Source: a bacterium (GTDB lineage: Bacteria > Hinthialibacterota > Hinthialibacteria > Hinthialibacterales > Hinthialibacteraceae). From it: DNA of 64,000 bases. A model generated the notes under the pieces. It worked only from the letters and a program-made list of their open reading frames with translations, did not search any database and had not been told where the DNA came from. Position 1 is the first letter of the stretch. Each line of letters begins with the position of its first letter. This document shows, one piece after another, positions 20,392-29,158 of the stretch. Where the stretch lies: the NCBI GenBank assembly GCA_963663405.2, contig CAXXSM010000149.1:96001-160000 (forward strand), written 5' to 3'. A program made the translations under genes and the position numbers.

Positions 20392-21675
20392 TTGCTGGAG
20401 AATATTCCTTTGAATACATATAATGATTCCTTGAATTCCAATTCCCGTTTTTATAAATGGGAATTGGTTTTCTGGTTGTGGCTGGCCTTTTTCTTCAACC
20501 AGGCGGATCGCCAAGTTTACAGTGTGGTCTTGCCTCAATTGCGAGACGATCTGCAGCTGACCGACGAACAATTAGGATTAATCGCTTCGGTCTTTATATG
20601 GACCTTGGCGATTATGGTTCCATTTGCAGGATACGCTGGGGATCGATTTCGTAAGAAATGGATCGTGACAGGCAGTATCCTGTTTTGGAGTGTGGCGACT
20701 CTTTTTACGGGATTCAGCGCTGGTTTCGTGTCCCTCATGGTGTTTCGAAGTATCGCGACAGGGGGAGGCGAGGCTTTTTACGCGCCGGCCGCCAGTGCCT
20801 ATATCGGTGAGTTTCATCGTAAAAGCAGAGCGACGGCCTTATCCATCCATCAAACTTCCTTATATGTTGGAGTCGTGGCAAGTGGTTTTTTATCCGGTTA
20901 TATCGCAGATCATTGGGGGTGGAAATCAGCCTTCTACGGCTTTGGCGCGGCAGGGATTCTATTGAGCGTCATTTTGCTGTTCCGCTTGAAAGACGCGCCA
21001 ACCGGAATTGGCGATGTTACGGATACATCCAATCGCGGTAATGTCACTTTCAAGAACGCTTTATCCAAATTTTTTCAAAAACCGACCGCCCTGTTTCTCA
21101 CGATGGCTTTTGCTGGGATGGTCTTCGTTAACATTGGTTATTTAACTTGGATGCCGACATTCTTGCACGAGCGATTCAACTTGTCTCTTGCGGAAGCTGG
21201 ATTCGCATCAATGTTCTATCATCACCTGTTCGCTTTCATCGGGGTTATGCTTGGAGGACAATTATCGGACCGATGGAGTCCGGCCTATCCAAAAGCGCGT
21301 CTGGGAATCCAAGCGGTGGGGTTGCTATTGGGAGCGCCTTTCATTTATTGTATGGGGCAGGGAAACACTCAATTTTATATCTATATCGCCCTAGCGGCTT
21401 TTGGATTTTTTCGTGGATTATATGATTCAAATATTTACGCTTCGCTTTACGAGGTGATCGAGCCAAAATATCGTTCTTCAACCTCGGGAATTATGATATT
21501 ATTTGCGTTCCTTACCGGCGCGTTTTCACCGTTGCTTTTAGGGATACTGAAACCGAACTTGGGGCTTTCTTTCGCACTGTCCAGTCTGTTTTTGTTTTAC
21601 ATTTTCGCCTCACTCTCAATCGTTGTGGCGTTGCTATTTTTCTTTGATCGAGACCGGATAGAACAACTATGTTAA
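20392..21675 (+). CDS. MFS transporter, paralog B (close paralog of 10298-11566)
   Basis: NQADRQ, AGYAGDRFRKK, FRSIATGGGEAFY, IHQTSLY, GMVFVNIG shared with paralog A. Confidence 0.92.
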   Translation: MLENIPLNTYNDSLNSNSRFYKWELVFWLWLAFFFNQADRQVYSVVLPQLRDDLQLTDEQLGLIASVFIWTLAIMVPFAGYAGDRFRKKWIVTGSILFWSVATLFTGFSAGFVSLMVFRSIATGGGEAFYAPAASAYIGEFHRKSRATALSIHQTSLYVGVVASGFLSGYIADHWGWKSAFYGFGAAGILLSVILLFRLKDAPTGIGDVTDTSNRGNVTFKNALSKFFQKPTALFLTMAFAGMVFVNIGYLTWMPTFLHERFNLSLAEAGFASMFYHHLFAFIGVMLGGQLSDRWSPAYPKARLGIQAVGLLLGAPFIYCMGQGNTQFYIYIALAAFGFFRGLYDSNIYASLYEVIEPKYRSSTSGIMILFAFLTGAFSPLLLGILKPNLGLSFALSSLFLFYIFASLSIVVALLFFFDRDRIEQLC

Positions 21676-21702
21676 TTTTCGAATAGTAAGGACAAAATTG
21701 TT

Positions 21703-22422
21703 ATGACCAGTACTGTTAAAAACGCTGAAATCAATCCGGAAATCCTCTCTTTCGGAGAGCCCGTTTACGCGCGCGTGTGCGAACATATTCGGCAGGATAT
21801 TCTCTCCGGCAAATTGGAAGCCGGATTTCGATTGAAGATCCATGGATTGTGCCAGCGATACAATGTCAGCCAAATGCCAATCCGGGAAGCCTTGCAGCAA
21901 TTGCAAGGGGAAGGTCTGATTGTTATCGAACCCAATCGCGGCGCTTACGTTCGCCGGGTGGACGAACATTTCATCAAGAATATGTATGACATTCGTGGAG
22001 CGATCGACGCGTTGCTGGCCCGTTTGGGAATACCGAATCTAACCGATGAATCTCTTGAAAAGATCCTGGAAATTCAAGAACGTTACGAAGAATTCGCGCA
22101 TGCGAAAGACACAAACGTTTTTCTGACAATTAACAAGCAATTTCATCACGAGTTCTATATGCTCGCCGATAATCCGGAAGCGCTTCAAATCATGGAACGT
22201 CAATGGGGATTGATTGATACCCTGCGAGCCAAATACGGATTCGGCCCCACCCGTTTGATCGAAATCATGAGCGAACACAGAGAGTTACTGGAAGCCTACG
22301 AACACCGGAATATCGCTTTGGCCGAAAGGATCGCGCGGGATCATTGCGAAAAAGCGAAAATCGACCTGCTTCAGCAAATACGAGACAAGAAAGGCTTCGA
22401 TAAAAAGGAGGATCGACCATGA
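21703..22422 (+). CDS. GntR family (FCD) transcriptional regulator
   Basis: IRQDILSGKLEAGFRL..YNVSQMPIREALQQLQGEGL..PNRGAYV; NKQFH. Confidence 0.93.
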   Translation: MTSTVKNAEINPEILSFGEPVYARVCEHIRQDILSGKLEAGFRLKIHGLCQRYNVSQMPIREALQQLQGEGLIVIEPNRGAYVRRVDEHFIKNMYDIRGAIDALLARLGIPNLTDESLEKILEIQERYEEFAHAKDTNVFLTINKQFHHEFYMLADNPEALQIMERQWGLIDTLRAKYGFGPTRLIEIMSEHRELLEAYEHRNIALAERIARDHCEKAKIDLLQQIRDKKGFDKKEDRP

Positions 22423-23171
22423 CCGATCTTTCGGGACAAGTGGCATTGGTAACCGGAGCGTCCCGCGGATTGGGAAAAGGGATCGCGCTGGTATTGGCCG
22501 AAGAGGGCGCGAACATCGTGGTTAATTATCGATCCTCGAAAAAAGAAGCGGAAGAAACAGCCGAAATGATCCGCTCCTTAGGACGTGAAGCGCTTCCGAT
22601 TCAAGCCGATGTCAGTAACGCCGAAGACGTCGCAAAAATGTTTATTGAAATTCAATCCTGTTTCCAAAAAATTGATATCCTAGTCAATAACGCTGGCACA
22701 ACTCAAGCGAAAGATATTTTTGAAATAAACGAGCAAGATTGGGATTTTATTCTCGATACCAATATGAAAAGTTGTTATCTTTGTTCAAAAGAAGCGTTCA
22801 AAATGATGAAACATCGCAAGCGGGGAAGAATCATCAATATCAGTTCCGTCGTAGGCGAGCAGGGAGCGCTGTACGGTCACGTCCATTACGCAACCACCAA
22901 AAGCGGGATGCTGGGCTTCACCAAAACCTTGGCGCGAACCGGCGCGCCATTCGGAATCACCGTCAACGCAATCGCGCCGGGGATCATTGAAACGGAATTG
23001 CTAATTCAAACCCATGGCCGGGAAAAAGTGGATCAACTTTCTAAACAAGTTCCCTTAGGATTGGGAACTCCACGAGACGTCGGATGCGCCGCCGCCTTTC
23101 TCTGTGGAGAAGGCGCGCGTTATATAACCGGAGCGACAATCGATGTGAACGGCGGAATGTATATGCGGTAA
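22419..23171 (+). CDS. SDR family oxidoreductase (FabG-like fold, probably a sugar oxidoreductase)
   Basis: TGASRGLG, NNAG, NISS, YATTK, IAPG, DVNGG. Confidence 0.9.
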   Translation: MTDLSGQVALVTGASRGLGKGIALVLAEEGANIVVNYRSSKKEAEETAEMIRSLGREALPIQADVSNAEDVAKMFIEIQSCFQKIDILVNNAGTTQAKDIFEINEQDWDFILDTNMKSCYLCSKEAFKMMKHRKRGRIINISSVVGEQGALYGHVHYATTKSGMLGFTKTLARTGAPFGITVNAIAPGIIETELLIQTHGREKVDQLSKQVPLGLGTPRDVGCAAAFLCGEGARYITGATIDVNGGMYMR

Positions 23172-23201
23172 TTATCCAAGTTATAAAGGAATTATGAAGT
23201 A

Positions 23202-24371
23202 ATGAAAATCACGGATATCAAAACATTTATTTGTCATGCCTATCGAACCAATTGGGTGTTTGTCAAAGTTTACACCGATTCTGGATTGTATGGAGTTGGT
23301 GAAGCTACGTTAGAAATGCGTGAACTGACTGTGATGGAAGCAATCAGTGAAATTAAAAGGGGATTGGTTGGGAAAGATCCTGAGAATATAGAAGGTCTTT
23401 GGCTTACAATTTACCGCGATACCTATTGGCGGGGCGGGCCGGTCCTCATGTCGGCTTTGGCGGGTGTTGAAATGGCGTTGTGGGATATAAAGGGCAAGAG
23501 TTTAGGCGTACCGGTTTATCAATTATTGGGTGGGAAAGTACGGGATAAAGCCCCATGTTACGCGAATGGTTGGTTTGCTGGAGCGCGTACTCCGCAAAAA
23601 TTTGCCCAAAAAGCGAAAGAGACGATACAACTCGGTTTTCAAGCCTTGAAATGGGATCCATTTGGTTCCGCTTATCTTAATTTATCCGCAAGAGAATTTC
23701 AGGAAGCCCTTCGCTGTATCGCCGCTATACGGGAAGCCGTTGGCAGCGAGGTGGATTTGATTATCGAAGGACATGGACGTTTTAATCTCCCTACAGCAAA
23801 ACGTTTGGGACATGCCATGAAGGAGTTTCAAATCCTTTGGTTTGAAGAACCATTATGCCCGGAGAGTCATGAAAGTTTAGCCGACTTGCGTCAACAGATA
23901 CCGATTCCGGTCGCCGCGGGAGAGCGGATTTACAGCCGATGGGATTTTTATGATTTTCTTACCAAAAAAAGCGCAGATATTATCCAACCGGACGTCTCGC
24001 ATGTGGGGGGAATTATGGAAATGAAGAAAATCGCCGCGATGGCGGAATGTTGTCAAATCCCTTTATGTCCCCATAATCCAAGCGGCCCTGTCGCTCATGC
24101 GGCGACTCTGCATCTTGCCGCATGTATAACCAATTTCTATTTGTTGGAAACCATGAGCGCCGATGTGGATTACCGGAATCAAATTTGTACTGAAAATCTA
24201 CTCTTTGAAGATGGAATGATCCATATCAGTAATGAACCCGGATTAGGAATTGACATTAATGAAGACGCCATACTGAACTACCCATATAAACCTTGCGAAT
24301 TGAGACATTACAATGGAGATTTAACCGAAATTCGTCCACGCAGCGCGAAGATGTATATGCAGAGAATTTGA
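23202..24371 (+). CDS. Galactonate dehydratase (DgoD)-like mandelate racemase/MLE family enzyme
   Basis: NWVFVKV.TD.G..GVGEAT, YWRGGPV, EMALWDIKGK, YANGW, KWDPF, EGHGR, WFEEP, GERI, QPDVSHVGG, PHNPSGP. Confidence 0.88.
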   Translation: MKITDIKTFICHAYRTNWVFVKVYTDSGLYGVGEATLEMRELTVMEAISEIKRGLVGKDPENIEGLWLTIYRDTYWRGGPVLMSALAGVEMALWDIKGKSLGVPVYQLLGGKVRDKAPCYANGWFAGARTPQKFAQKAKETIQLGFQALKWDPFGSAYLNLSAREFQEALRCIAAIREAVGSEVDLIIEGHGRFNLPTAKRLGHAMKEFQILWFEEPLCPESHESLADLRQQIPIPVAAGERIYSRWDFYDFLTKKSADIIQPDVSHVGGIMEMKKIAAMAECCQIPLCPHNPSGPVAHAATLHLAACITNFYLLETMSADVDYRNQICTENLLFEDGMIHISNEPGLGIDINEDAILNYPYKPCELRHYNGDLTEIRPRSAKMYMQRI

Positions 24372-24415
24372 TGTAAATACAATTATGACTGAATGTATAA
24401 ATTACCATTCATTGA

Positions 24416-26056
24416 TTGAAAGGAAAATGCATGATGTTATCAATTAAACAAATAACTTGCTTACTGATATTTTCTTGTTTTACTATGATCGCTACTCTGT
24501 CTGTGACAAGTGGTGACTTGATAGCAACTGATGAAAATGTAAAGAAAAACATTTCTCCAATTGCGCTGATTCAAGAGAATAATCCTGCGCAAGGAAAAGA
24601 GATTGACTCATCGTCTAATAGTCAAGTTAAAGTTACCAGCATATCCCGAACAATTGACGCTTCTAAATATTCTAATCGATTTCCCGATCTAGCCGCGTAC
24701 CGGAATACTTCAATACAAAAAGCGCCTGCGCCTGCGCTTGCTGAATTAAGCGCGAACGAGTTTGGCATAGCGAAAATCACCCGGTGTTGGTTAAACCTCG
24801 ATGAAATGTGGGATTATCGAACGCGAGAATATAACTACAACTATACAATTGGAGTTCACAAGTACGATGATGTCTCGGAGAAACACGAGGAATCTTGGGG
24901 ATGGGTCACAGAGACCAATGTGCCATTTTATGATTACTTGAGCGCATTCAGTAAGTATAGTGATGAAATCATGTTGACCATCCGGCGATATGAACGGGAT
25001 ATTTTGGATGGGAAACTTGACGTTACGATGAATGACTGGAAAAGAATTTTTAAAAACGCTGTAATTCATTATAAAGGAATTTGTTCCAATCTTCGTTATA
25101 TTGAAGTATGCAACGAATATGCTATTAAAGGTTTTATCGGATGCACGGCGGATGAATACTATCAGTTTTACAAACTCGCATATGAAGCCGTTAATGAAGC
25201 CAACGCAGAGATGAACTTAAAGGACGATAACCGAATTCTGGTGGGAGGTCCTGTGGTGACCGGCGACATTATTAAGAAACTAAATCTCTTTTTTGAAAAT
25301 TATAGCAGGGACACATCGGCAAATAAGAAAATGGATTTTGTTTCGTGGCATGAATATAGCAAAAGCTATGACGCAATCGCTCATCGAGAAAAACAGGTTC
25401 GAGAGATGATGGATCAACATGGTCTCAAAGAAGACATCCCCTTATTTATCAGCGAACACGATCCCTATCATCCTCCGGCGGGGAGTAGAGAGTACAATCT
25501 TATCAATGGCGCGGGATTAGTTAAGTCACTTTATTTTACGAATTATTTCAGTCCCGGAATTAAAATCATGCCTTGGGTACAATATCACAACGCTGAGATT
25601 CAAACACGGTTCATGTGGTTTGGTGGTCCCAACGAACCGGATACTAAAACTAAAGAATTGCGAATGCTGCCGGCTGGTTGCTCAATGAAGTTTCTTAGCA
25701 TGCACAAAGATTGGGAAATAGAAGTTGACAATGCGCTCGATAAAGATGAGATTGTGTTGGCTTCGATCCAAAATGACGGAATCGTCGTTCATGTGGTCAA
25801 TTATGACAAGCCGCGAGCTGTACAAATCCGGCTGGACAATATCCCAAAATCGTTTTTAAATTTGAAGGATGGAAAAATAAAAGCAGTCAAATATCTCATC
25901 GATCAGCAGCACTGTAACTGCGTGGCCAATCCCGACTATTCTGGCGGAATTGAAAAGGTAGGAGATGAGTGGATAGAATTGAACGGAGGTTCAATCACAC
26001 TCTCACACTCCAAACTTACAAAAAACGGAATACTGTTGTGGGAATTGATCCCATGA
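24416..26056 (+). CDS. Secreted clan-A glycoside hydrolase (GH39-like)
   Basis: Signal peptide; YIEVCNEY (acid/base), VGGP, DFVSWHEY, LFISEH (nucleophile). Confidence 0.7.
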   Translation: MKGKCMMLSIKQITCLLIFSCFTMIATLSVTSGDLIATDENVKKNISPIALIQENNPAQGKEIDSSSNSQVKVTSISRTIDASKYSNRFPDLAAYRNTSIQKAPAPALAELSANEFGIAKITRCWLNLDEMWDYRTREYNYNYTIGVHKYDDVSEKHEESWGWVTETNVPFYDYLSAFSKYSDEIMLTIRRYERDILDGKLDVTMNDWKRIFKNAVIHYKGICSNLRYIEVCNEYAIKGFIGCTADEYYQFYKLAYEAVNEANAEMNLKDDNRILVGGPVVTGDIIKKLNLFFENYSRDTSANKKMDFVSWHEYSKSYDAIAHREKQVREMMDQHGLKEDIPLFISEHDPYHPPAGSREYNLINGAGLVKSLYFTNYFSPGIKIMPWVQYHNAEIQTRFMWFGGPNEPDTKTKELRMLPAGCSMKFLSMHKDWEIEVDNALDKDEIVLASIQNDGIVVHVVNYDKPRAVQIRLDNIPKSFLNLKDGKIKAVKYLIDQQHCNCVANPDYSGGIEKVGDEWIELNGGSITLSHSKLTKNGILLWELIP

Positions 26057-26129
26057 CCTGCGATCGAATAGGTAAAATGTGCAATTCTCAAAAATCAGTA
26101 ATAATAATTCAGTCGTGTGAAGTGAGAGC

Positions 26130-26257
26130 AGGAGGAACGGGAAGGGAATTGATTTCGCATCTCTGCCTAATGGATCTTTTTGTCGGTTAGAATGAGCTTC
26201 ATTGGGAGTTCTTCCCTCAAATCGATAATGTGGCCGCCATTCGTTGTACCATTTCAA
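26130..26257 (-). pseudogene. Remnant of the C-terminus of an integrase-core (IS3/IS481-type) transposase
   Basis: KWYNEWRPHYRFEGRTPNE matches the YN..RPH..L.G.TP motif; no intact upstream DDE region. Left boundary is approximate. Confidence 0.6.
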
Positions 26258-26966
26258 ATTCGATCGTGTAAAAGTCGAATCTCAACTTCCCAATTCGCAT
26301 CTCGACCGATGAAATTTTGATTAGTCCTGGACAATCACATGATGATTCATAATCCACACTTTTTAAATTCCTGCATTTTTTCCCGAAATTCCTGATATTC
26401 CCTATCCAGCGTATATAATCCCACAATTTAATTGTAAAAAATGTTGAAAATGGAAACAACGATGGACACATCGAATTAAACAAAATTAAATCCAATTTTC
26501 GTTCAAGGAATTCAAATATCAACTTCAAGATTTTCCAACCCTAATTTCCCCATTTTTGAGGATGCTTCGCTTTTCCTTCTCCGATATATTAAAACACGAA
26601 TGATTTGAATCAAAACGAAATTGCTTTGTTTAAATCATCTAATTTGAAAAGGAGAAGGGTAATGATGAGTCTAATCAAACGAACATTTCTTATTCTGATG
26701 ATTGTTGTTGCATTGAATGACTTTAGTTTGGGGAATATGGAGATTCAGTGGAAAACAGCCTGTTCAACGTGGAATAATCACATCAGCATGATATCACATT
26801 CCATCAACAAAAAACTGATGAAAGGGATGAAAGATCTTGAAGATCAAATTATCTATCATTGCTACAACAACATTTCAATTTACCCAAATCAGTAAAAAGG
26901 AATTCATGGTTGCATACAAGAAATACGAAAAGAAAGGGGGTGAATTCTTGTCTAAGGTAATAACAA

Positions 26967-27584
26967 ATGTTTATTGAAGAGAATTTGAAATTTGTTGAGA
27001 TGCTTAAAATCATTAAAAGGAGAAAAACGATGTCAAACAACAATCAAGGTATGATCGAACGGTTGGCGCGAGTGGAACGGAAAAACCGTCAACTAGGTAA
27101 AGGACTCGGGATCGCTCTGATCGTGTTGTGTTCGTTGGCGTTCATGGCCATGTCCGACGCGCAAACCGAGAAAGTCCTCAAAGTCAAAGGCATTGCGATT
27201 GTCGATGAAGCGGGAGAAACCGTGGCCTATTTTGGTGTCGACAAAGAGGGAGTCACATCTCTTTCATTTCTCGAAAAGGATGGATTCAGGCAGGAATTGA
27301 GCAATAGAGGAATCGGTATTTATTCTGAAAACCATACCATTGGAATTGGATTTAGCGATGCGGGATTTGGGATTGGCGTTTACGATAAGAATAATGTTGG
27401 CCGAGTCGCTTTAGGCGGTTCACTGACGAGAGAAGTGTATGGAGTAGCCGTCAGCGACAAGAACGACAAAAGGCGAGTCGCTTTGGGGCAAGGGAGCGAT
27501 GAGGTTTTTGGATTCAGCGTGATGGATGCGGAAGGGAAGCCGCACTATTCCGTTCCCGAAAATTTTGACTTGTCTAAAAAATAA
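26967..27584 (+). CDS. Hypothetical single-TM protein with Gly-rich beta-strand repeats; likely start ~27030
   Basis: RBS AAGGAG before MSNNNQ; coiled coil ERLARVERKNRQL, then a TM segment, then repeats D.N..RVALG. Confidence 0.7.
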   Translation: MFIEENLKFVEMLKIIKRRKTMSNNNQGMIERLARVERKNRQLGKGLGIALIVLCSLAFMAMSDAQTEKVLKVKGIAIVDEAGETVAYFGVDKEGVTSLSFLEKDGFRQELSNRGIGIYSENHTIGIGFSDAGFGIGVYDKNNVGRVALGGSLTREVYGVAVSDKNDKRRVALGQGSDEVFGFSVMDAEGKPHYSVPENFDLSKK

Positions 27585-27596
27585 TGATTCACTGCG

Positions 27597-27635
27597 GTGT
27601 AAGGTGGGATTTCATTCGAACATCCCACCTTACAC
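27597..27635. repeat. Perfect 14-bp hairpin (REP-like or terminator)
   Basis: GTGTAAGGTGGGAT - 11 nt - ATCCCACCTTACAC. Confidence 0.7.
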
Positions 27636-27671
27636 ACTACATCACACACGATTTTTAAAGGAGATTCAATC

Positions 27672-29069
27672 ATGAAAAACAGAACCAAAGTTATTACGCT
27701 TTTATCCATTTTGTCTTTCAGCGTCACCTCTGTGTCACTCACGCAGGAGTCAAATAGTACAAATACCATCGGCATTTTTGAGGATCATCATGATTGGGTG
27801 GCTGGCATGGCTCCCGGTGAGGCCGCATACGATCCAAATACGGGCGAGTATATGATACAAGGATCGAGCGCTCTCTATATTGATGAAGAAAATCGTGAAA
27901 TTGGTATGGGTGGACACGTCGCCTGTTCATGGATTTGTAATGATAGCAATTTTGAGTTAGAAGCCCATGTCACAGCGGAATTTGTGTCCAGTGGGAGTAT
28001 TTTTTCCAGCGCGGTTCTTTTTGTCAGTGAATATGATCCACCGGAAACGATTGATTTATACAACTGTGGCGCGGCGTTTGGAATTGGAGTTACTTCCAAA
28101 TTCAACAGTCTTATCTGTTATTACCAGGAAAAGAGAGGCCCCTATGATATGTCGGTTATTGATGATGAAGTGTATCACGAGGGGCGTCTCAAGTTAGTTA
28201 AAGATGGAAACACTATACAAGCCTTCTTCTTTGATCCATTTTTGGAAGAATGGGTGTTATACGGCGAACACGAAATGGAATTTAATACTCCTGAATTGAC
28301 TGTTGGTTTAGTCGCTAGTTCAGGGAATTCTGTCAATTTATACACTATTGGACGTTTTACTGAGGTAAAGTTGACGATCGATGACACCCCCGGTGGATCG
28401 GATATTCCATCATCGGTTTCAGAACCAGTCGGTATGTTCGAAAACCATCGGGATGTGTTTCCCGGCCTCATGGCCGCCGGTGAAACCAGTTATGATCCAG
28501 ACACTGACGAATATGTAATTATTGGATCATCTTACAATAATAATTATGGGCATATCGCCTATTCAACATTCAATAGTCAGGATGATTTCATATTCGAAGG
28601 TGAAATCCTTTCAGAGCATATCGACAGTGACGATGAATGGGGTGGAGCCAGCTTATACATTCAAGAAGGGGATCCTGCCAGCACGCTCGATGACATCGAG
28701 AATTACAGCGCTTTTTATTGTGTCGGCATAGCTGCCAAAACTCAACTCATTTCAGTGTGGTATCAAGAGATTCAAGGGCCTTACGCTGTTTCGTATCCGG
28801 CGAATATCGGCTTGGAATGCAATCACGATGGACGTATAAAAATTGTAAAAGAGGGTGAGATTTTCAGTTCCTATTTTTTTGATCCGGATTTGGATGATTG
28901 GATTTTGCGAGATGAACGGATTCTTCTATTTTCGGAACCCACGATGGTGATTGGTATTTTTGTAGGTTCTAGTATCGACAATAAATACTCAAAGGGAACA
29001 TTTAGAAATTTAAAACTCACTGTTAATGGTATACAAAGCGGTGTTGAAGATTGGACAATGTATAGATAA
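27672..29069 (+). CDS. Secreted acidic protein with two tandem ConA/DUF1349-like repeats, ending in W-tail SGVEDWTMYR
   Basis: Signal peptide; repeats IGIFEDHHD..GEAAYDPNTGEY.IQGS and VGMFENHRD..GETSYDPDTDEY.IIGS; HEGRLKLVKDG / HDGRIKIVKEG; FFDP. Confidence 0.78.
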   Translation: MKNRTKVITLLSILSFSVTSVSLTQESNSTNTIGIFEDHHDWVAGMAPGEAAYDPNTGEYMIQGSSALYIDEENREIGMGGHVACSWICNDSNFELEAHVTAEFVSSGSIFSSAVLFVSEYDPPETIDLYNCGAAFGIGVTSKFNSLICYYQEKRGPYDMSVIDDEVYHEGRLKLVKDGNTIQAFFFDPFLEEWVLYGEHEMEFNTPELTVGLVASSGNSVNLYTIGRFTEVKLTIDDTPGGSDIPSSVSEPVGMFENHRDVFPGLMAAGETSYDPDTDEYVIIGSSYNNNYGHIAYSTFNSQDDFIFEGEILSEHIDSDDEWGGASLYIQEGDPASTLDDIENYSAFYCVGIAAKTQLISVWYQEIQGPYAVSYPANIGLECNHDGRIKIVKEGEIFSSYFFDPDLDDWILRDERILLFSEPTMVIGIFVGSSIDNKYSKGTFRNLKLTVNGIQSGVEDWTMYR

Positions 29070-29087
29070 ACAAGGTAATATCATCTA

Positions 29088-29135
29088 ACCATCGTGTATC
29101 AATTTATGTTACAATTGTAAACGATACACGATGGT
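29088..29135. terminator. 13-bp perfect inverted repeat after the W-tail gene (attenuator/terminator-like, no U-tract)
   Basis: ACCATCGTGTATC (29088-29100) and GATACACGATGGT (29123-29135); the loop contains the palindrome TTACAATTGTAA. Confidence 0.45.
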
Positions 29136-29158
29136 CAGAAAAATAATCAGGACATAAA

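Noticed and set aside
26605-26895. 96-aa ORF with a signal-peptide-like start
   Set aside because: Short, AT-rich, no recognisable domain; probably a gene fragment and cannot be supported.
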